Shown: positions 59,301-64,000 of the stretch, piece by piece
Layout of the letters: every line of letters begins with the position of its first letter
Position numbering within the stretch: the stretch's first letter is position 1
Made by a program: the position numbers and the translations under genes
Assembly: GCA_049975265.1 (NCBI GenBank)
Contig: JBNGDF010000009.1
Location: forward strand, 10,295-74,294
Origin: Fidelibacterota bacterium
Lineage (GTDB): Bacteria; Fidelibacterota; UBA2242
Direction of reading: 5' to 3'
Length of the DNA stretch: 64,000 nucleotides
Notes under the pieces: generated by a model
Seen by the model: only the letters and a program-made list of their open reading frames with translations
The model's database searches: none
Told to the model about the DNA's origin: nothing

Positions 59301-59400
59301 TGAAAAGTGCTAATAAGTGTTTTAAAGTACTTTTAAGTCCAATTAAATTTTCTTTTGCATATACTTATGAATGCTTATCAGCAGTTACCAGTACTTATTG
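59301..59400. repeat. Inverted pair of 4 x 10-bp phased repeats
   Basis: tgaaAAGTgc taatAAGTgt tttaAAGTac ttttAAGTcc, 20-nt spacer, then ataCTTAtga atgCTTAtca gcaGTTAcca gtaCTTAttg. Confidence 0.65.
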
Positions 59401-59408
59401 TGTATAAT

Positions 59409-59480
59409 GGCGCATTCGTCTAGCGGTTAGGACGCCGGCCTCTCACGCCGGTAGCAGGGGTTCGATTCCCCTATGCGCTA
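59409..59480 (+). tRNA. tRNA-Glu (CTC)
   Basis: ggcgcat/atgcgct acceptor; anticodon arm ccggc-ctctcac-gccgg; GTTCGATTC T loop. Confidence 0.96.
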
Positions 59481-59489
59481 CAAAATAAA

Positions 59490-59897
59490 TTAAAAGACTA
59501 AAGGTGCTTTCCCGGCTTTGCGGCGGATCGCATTGATAACCGGTAATACTTTCGGATGGCATACCAGTCGTCGTTCGAGTTTCCGTTTGCCGGGAAAATT
59601 CAGCAGCAGAATCCCGATGAACATTGTCAGCAAGCCCTGACCGGGAATGAAGAGCATGATCAAACCGGCGATCAGAAATACAATGCCGAGGATGTTTTTG
59701 ATCAGTAAAAATATTCCTCACGCAACCGGATGTTTGCGCAGACGGATTGGTGTTCGTTGTGGTTTAACAAAATAGTCGGCTGACATCCGGATCAGGATAA
59801 CTGGAATCAGCAGGATTGTACCGAAAAAGGTCAGAATCGAAACCGAGGCGAGCCAGATAAGCAGAGTGTGATGTTGCTGAATGAAGTCCGAGATCAT
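59490..59897 (-). pseudogene. PGPGW-like small membrane protein gene with in-frame TGA at codon 60
   Basis: Manual translation MISDFIQQHHTLLIWLASVSILTFFG...DYFVK...HPVA*GIFLLIKNILG...FIPGQGLL...NFPGKRKLERRL...APLVF; TGA at 59718-59720. Confidence 0.75.
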
Positions 59898-60110
59898 TTA
59901 AGGAGTAATATACATGCGAAAAGTAATTGAAAAAATAAAATAAAGACATTAGCGCGATTTCATTTTTATCTTGAATTCAGATTCTAAACACTATAATTTA
60001 AAATTATAGAAATAATTGCGGTATGGTTTCAGGGAATTTATTATGACATTATATAACAAAAATCAACCGTTTTTTAAATCTTCATTTCGCCCGTCAAAGG
60101 AGGTGATATT

Positions 60111-62057
60111 ATGAGGAGAAAGATTTTAATACTTCTGATGATGTTCATAAATATAGCATTTGCACAGATTGATACATCGGAATATCTGCGATATTTACCG
60201 CTGGACACTGGCAACCGCTGGTACTATCTTCGGGCTAATCTGAATACAAGCGGCTGGGATACCAGTTACGTCGTGAAAAGGGTGGTTGGAGATACGACTA
60301 TGATCAATGGGAAGAGATACCGGAATTTACAGCCTTCGGGACCATATATGAGAATTGATACCAGCACATTATTGGTATATCAGTTTGGTGACATGTCCTG
60401 GGCGGGTTGCTCCGATTCAGAGTCGGTGCTTTTTGATTTATCCTTAGTGATTTCCGGAATTGATACCTTTGTACGCTGTGATGATATTGTGGTACAAATG
60501 GATAGATATAACGGTAACGCCGGATTTATCGCCGGGGATTTTGAAAATATCTGCTATTCCTGGTATTCCGCCGTTGGAGAAGGCTATACCTTATCGAAAG
60601 ATATCGGGATATCATCTTTCGGGATGGAGGAAATATTTGTTCATTCGGAGAAACTGTTGGGTGCCGAGATCAATGGAGTGAAATACGGGACATTCGCCGC
60701 AATTGATACGCAAAAATGCCTGTCGTTTTTACCGCTGCAGATCGGAAATCAATGGGAATATGAAGGAATTTCATATCCTCCATTTATTGCTGAAAGCGAT
60801 ACCGAATATATTTTCGAACAAGTCACCGGCATTGTGACGAAAGAGAATAAAAACCGATATTATAAAATCGCCGGTCAGTATGATAGATATCTGCGGATTG
60901 ACACAACCAGTTTACTGGTTTATCAGTATGGCGATTTCGGCTGTCAGGATTCCGAATCTGTTCTGTTTGACCTGAGTCTGGTCTTTTCCGAACAGGATAG
61001 CTTTATGCGCTGTGACAGTATCGTTGTATTTACTGAAACGTACAAAGGCAATGCAGGAAAAATAAAGGGTGATTATCTCAATATCAGCTACGGCTGGTTT
61101 GATGGTGTATCTACAGGTTATACACTCTCAGAGGGACTTGGCATCTCAAGCTACAGCTTTTTTGAAATCGGAGGTGGCAACAAAAACCTGATCGGTGCGG
61201 TGATTGAAGGACAAAAATACGGTTCCTTTGCAGCCCGAGACACACTGGAGTATCTGTCCTACTACCCGCTGCATATCGGTGATAAATGGCAATATAAGTA
61301 TTCAATATATTACAGCGCCTCCGACTATCAAATCTGGTATTCAACCACCGAAATCATCGGGGATACGGTTTTACCGAACGGAAAGCGCTATTTCCAGTTT
61401 TCCAATCCCGGTCTGGAATATTCCCAGTTCGAACGAATTGACACAACAAACCTTTGTGTATTTGAATATTTTCCCAATGCCTGTTCAAATGATGAAAAGG
61501 AAAAATTGTATCTCTTTTACAGCTCTGATTCAACCCGTTCTCTCTATAATTGTTTTGAAGAATATTTTATTATTTCAAAAACCGACAGCATTCATCTGAG
61601 TATAGATTATTCATATTTGACGACTAAATATTACAATTTATTGCGGGGAATCGGAATTGTCTCATTTGGAGAGCAGGAGGGTGGTCCCGGTGTGAATGCG
61701 ATGCTGATTGCGGCGAATATCAACGGTGTGCAATACGGAAAATTTCTGGGTGTTGATGAAAGTTTGGATTTAGCCGGGGAGTTTCGATTATACAGCAACT
61801 ACCCAAATCCGTTCAATCCGGCGACCCATATCCGATTTAGTATCCCAAAATCCGGATATGTGGAATTGGCAATTTATAACCTGCGGGGCGGACGGGTTCG
61901 CACACTGATTGCCGAAAATCTGCAAGCCGGCGAATATGGAAAAATTTGGGACGGAAAAAATGAATTCGGGATAGATCTGGCAAGCGGCATATACTTTTCG
62001 GTCCTGAAATTCGAAGGACAGATCAGCCGCAGAAATAAAATGCTAAAGCTGAAATAA
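60111..62057 (+). CDS. Secreted protein with three tandem ~175-aa repeats and FlgD-Ig/Por-type C-terminal domain
   Basis: AGGAGG RBS, signal peptide; repeats begin YLPLDTGNRWYY / FLPLQIGNQWEY / YYPLHIGDKWQY; NYPNPFNP...WDG...ASGIYF. Confidence 0.9.
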   Translation: MRRKILILLMMFINIAFAQIDTSEYLRYLPLDTGNRWYYLRANLNTSGWDTSYVVKRVVGDTTMINGKRYRNLQPSGPYMRIDTSTLLVYQFGDMSWAGCSDSESVLFDLSLVISGIDTFVRCDDIVVQMDRYNGNAGFIAGDFENICYSWYSAVGEGYTLSKDIGISSFGMEEIFVHSEKLLGAEINGVKYGTFAAIDTQKCLSFLPLQIGNQWEYEGISYPPFIAESDTEYIFEQVTGIVTKENKNRYYKIAGQYDRYLRIDTTSLLVYQYGDFGCQDSESVLFDLSLVFSEQDSFMRCDSIVVFTETYKGNAGKIKGDYLNISYGWFDGVSTGYTLSEGLGISSYSFFEIGGGNKNLIGAVIEGQKYGSFAARDTLEYLSYYPLHIGDKWQYKYSIYYSASDYQIWYSTTEIIGDTVLPNGKRYFQFSNPGLEYSQFERIDTTNLCVFEYFPNACSNDEKEKLYLFYSSDSTRSLYNCFEEYFIISKTDSIHLSIDYSYLTTKYYNLLRGIGIVSFGEQEGGPGVNAMLIAANINGVQYGKFLGVDESLDLAGEFRLYSNYPNPFNPATHIRFSIPKSGYVELAIYNLRGGRVRTLIAENLQAGEYGKIWDGKNEFGIDLASGIYFSVLKFEGQISRRNKMLKLK

Positions 62058-62086
62058 AAAAGCCGTGATTGCATTTGACTACGGCT
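62056..62086 (-). terminator. Probable intrinsic terminator between convergent genes
   Basis: agccgtg...tacggct stem preceded by an A run (U tract on the - strand), just after the OsmC-family stop. Confidence 0.5.
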
Positions 62087-62099
62087 GAATAAAACCGGA

Positions 62100-62513
62100 T
62101 TAAACGGAAGCAACCGGTTCAGTAATTCTGGTGTGAACCTGAAACTTCGGCGGGTTTTCAAGATGCTTTTTGACGGCGCACTGGTTAGCTGAACGGACCA
62201 ATGCGTCATGATATTTTTGCGGGAAATCCGGAGGTACCTGAATCTCCAGCGTAATATTGATGATCATGCCGCTGAAGGGGTTACTCTCCATCTTTTGAAT
62301 GATGCGAATATCGTCGGTGGATAGTCCGCGCTGCCGGCAAAAGCTCAGCACATAAATCCCGGCGCAGGTACCGATGGAAGCCAGAAAAAGTGCAAATGGT
62401 GCTGGCGCCGAACCGCCCCCGCCGGCAGGTACCGATTGGTCTGTTGAGATTGTCCAGTGACCGAGATGAGCATCAACCCTTAAATCTTTTGGGAAATCTA
62501 CTGTCATATCCAT
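62100..62513 (-). CDS. OsmC-family protein
   Basis: TDQ...GG.G.AP.PF.LFLASIGTCAG and QCAVKK two-Cys pattern; CAGGAG RBS before ATG 62513. Confidence 0.9.
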   Translation of the reverse strand: MDMTVDFPKDLRVDAHLGHWTISTDQSVPAGGGGSAPAPFALFLASIGTCAGIYVLSFCRQRGLSTDDIRIIQKMESNPFSGMIINITLEIQVPPDFPQKYHDALVRSANQCAVKKHLENPPKFQVHTRITEPVASV

Positions 62514-62665
62514 AGATAATCTCCTGATAAATAATTTTTCCCCTGTTTGATACCCGGCGATAAGGTCAGTTACATTAAATTTTGTCAATATTTAATTGAA
62601 AAATTCGGAAACCTGATTATTTTAGAGAGTGATTAAAATTATGTAAAATGATAAGGAGTTATGGC

Positions 62666-63940
62666 ATGACAAGAAGAATGTTTGTGCTGCTGGTTTGTCT
62701 GTTGATCGGAAGCAACCTGCTTTTTAGTCAGCAGGACAAAGCCAAGTGGATTCCGAAACTCAAGTATCCGGTTCTCGATGAGCTGAAAGCCGAACTGGAG
62801 GCTGAACAAGCCCGGCAGGATTCCATCACCGCAGAAATCCGCAAGCGGCAAAAGGAAGACAAGGAAAAGCGGGATGAGGCTGAAAAGAAGTTCGTCGCCG
62901 ATTTTTCCAATGTCCAGAAACCGGAGTCGCCTGATGTTTTTAAAAGGGCTTTTGCCTTTCCACCGGTTGCTCAATATCAATCGGGGATGTGCTGGTGCTT
63001 TTCGGCAACCTCCTTTCTCGAATCGGAAATCTATCGGGAATATAAAAAAGAGATCAAATTGTCGGAATTATACACGGTTTACTGGGAATATGTGGAAAAA
63101 GCCCGGCGTTACATCCGTGAACGCGGCGATTCAGAATTCGGGGAAGGTTCCGAGAGCAATGCCGTATTCCGAATCATGAAACAGTATGGAGCGGTTCCGG
63201 CGGAGGCTTATACGGGATTGATAAACGGTGCAACCCGCCATAATCATACAGCTCTGTTCGATGAGATGGAAGCGTATCTGCAGTACTGCCAGGAGAATAA
63301 TTTCTGGGACGAAGAACTGGCAATCGAATCGATCAAATTGATTCTGAACAAACATATCGGAGCTCCACCAACGGTTTTTACATACAACCAAAAAGAGTAC
63401 ACACCGGAAACATTTTTGAAAAAGGTAGTCAAACTTAATCTGGATGATTATGTGGAAGTAATGTCTACTTCGTCAATTCCGTTCTACACGAAAGGTGTAT
63501 TCGATGTGCCGGACAACTGGTGGCGCGACAGCAGCTATCATAATGTGCCTTTGGATGAATGGTGCGCGGTTATTCAGAAAGCCATGGAAAAGGGCTATAC
63601 CCTATGTATCGGCGGTGATGTTTCGGAACCGGGCTATTTCGGTCCGGAAGATGCCGCTTTTGTTCCTGCCTTTGATATTCCGGTAGAATATATTAATCAG
63701 GATGCCCGGGAATACCGTATCCAAAATCGCAGCACGCAGGACGATCACGGCGTGCATATGATCGGCTATACAAAAATTGGCGATTATCACTGGTATCTGA
63801 TCAAGGATTCAGCCCGGGGAGCCCGGCAAGGTAAATATAAAGGTTATTATATGTACCGCGAAGATTATCCGCGCCTGAAGATGCTGACTTACACCGTACA
63901 TAAAGATATCGCTAAGGATATTTTGAAAAAGTGTAAATAG
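62666..63940 (+). CDS. Exported C1-family cysteine peptidase (aminopeptidase C/bleomycin hydrolase-like)
   Basis: Signal peptide; QYQSGMCWCFS catalytic Cys; DDHGVHMIG His; AGGAG RBS. Confidence 0.88.
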   Translation: MTRRMFVLLVCLLIGSNLLFSQQDKAKWIPKLKYPVLDELKAELEAEQARQDSITAEIRKRQKEDKEKRDEAEKKFVADFSNVQKPESPDVFKRAFAFPPVAQYQSGMCWCFSATSFLESEIYREYKKEIKLSELYTVYWEYVEKARRYIRERGDSEFGEGSESNAVFRIMKQYGAVPAEAYTGLINGATRHNHTALFDEMEAYLQYCQENNFWDEELAIESIKLILNKHIGAPPTVFTYNQKEYTPETFLKKVVKLNLDDYVEVMSTSSIPFYTKGVFDVPDNWWRDSSYHNVPLDEWCAVIQKAMEKGYTLCIGGDVSEPGYFGPEDAAFVPAFDIPVEYINQDAREYRIQNRSTQDDHGVHMIGYTKIGDYHWYLIKDSARGARQGKYKGYYMYREDYPRLKMLTYTVHKDIAKDILKKCK

Positions 63941-64000
63941 AAAAAATATGCGGAGAGACCGGGATTTCCCGCTTCCAGCGGGACATTTCCCTCAACAGAG

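Noticed and set aside
59403..59408. TATAAT before tRNA-Glu as its -10 element
   Set aside because: Abuts the first tRNA base, leaving no room for a start site upstream of the mature 5' end.
59443..59949. ORF-track entries 59443-59721 and 59764-59949 (-)
   Set aside because: Off-frame relative to the coherent PGPGW-like frame 59490-59897; the first also overlaps tRNA-Glu.
63967..63983. Hairpin tcccgct-tcc-agcggga resembling the 30451-30468 stem
   Set aside because: Only two short similar copies at gene ends, at the window edge; insufficient to call a repeat family or terminator.
1..64000. Alternative genetic code (TGA reassigned)
   Set aside because: Several clear genes (hydE, pdxT, dcd, recX) end at TGA, and only one in-frame TGA was found.

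Overview
Gene-dense bacterial chromosomal segment (genetic code 11, mostly + strand). FlgD-Ig/Por-type C-terminal domains, DUF5723- and DUF5683-like proteins and [FeFe]-hydrogenase maturases suggest an anaerobic diderm of the FCB candidate phyla (inference only). Contents: hydE/hydG/hydF with a TM1266-type regulator and a perfect FNR-type box; a YegP-TM-LysM fusion; nrnA-dcd-ispH-pdxST-dxs; a giant repeat lipoprotein plus barrel pair; xth, gltX, glnS; a GT resembling animal B4GALNT; an uncharacterised envelope/signalling cluster; tRNA-Ala, a large Alu-domain SRP RNA and dnaX-ybaB-recR-pgsA-pgpA-cinA-thpR-recA-recX; a hybrid kinase; alaS, gcvPB, ridA, purF; a UbiA-ferredoxin-archaeal-type geranylgeranyl reductase module followed by dinG and a MenA fusion; tRNA-Gln and tRNA-Glu. 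No CRISPR, rRNA, transposase or integrase was seen. Most notable: (1) the UbiA/ferredoxin/GGR module, a candidate saturated-isoprenoid lipid or quinone pathway; (2) the tRNA-Gln/Glu spacer, which holds a tRNA 3'-half copy interrupted by mini-palindromes and a symmetric 2x4 array of 10-bp-phased repeats; (3) a MITE-like element whose right end is split by a stack of hairpins; (4) a membrane-protein gene missed by the ORF track because of an in-frame TGA. All family calls come from motif recognition by eye; no database searches were run.
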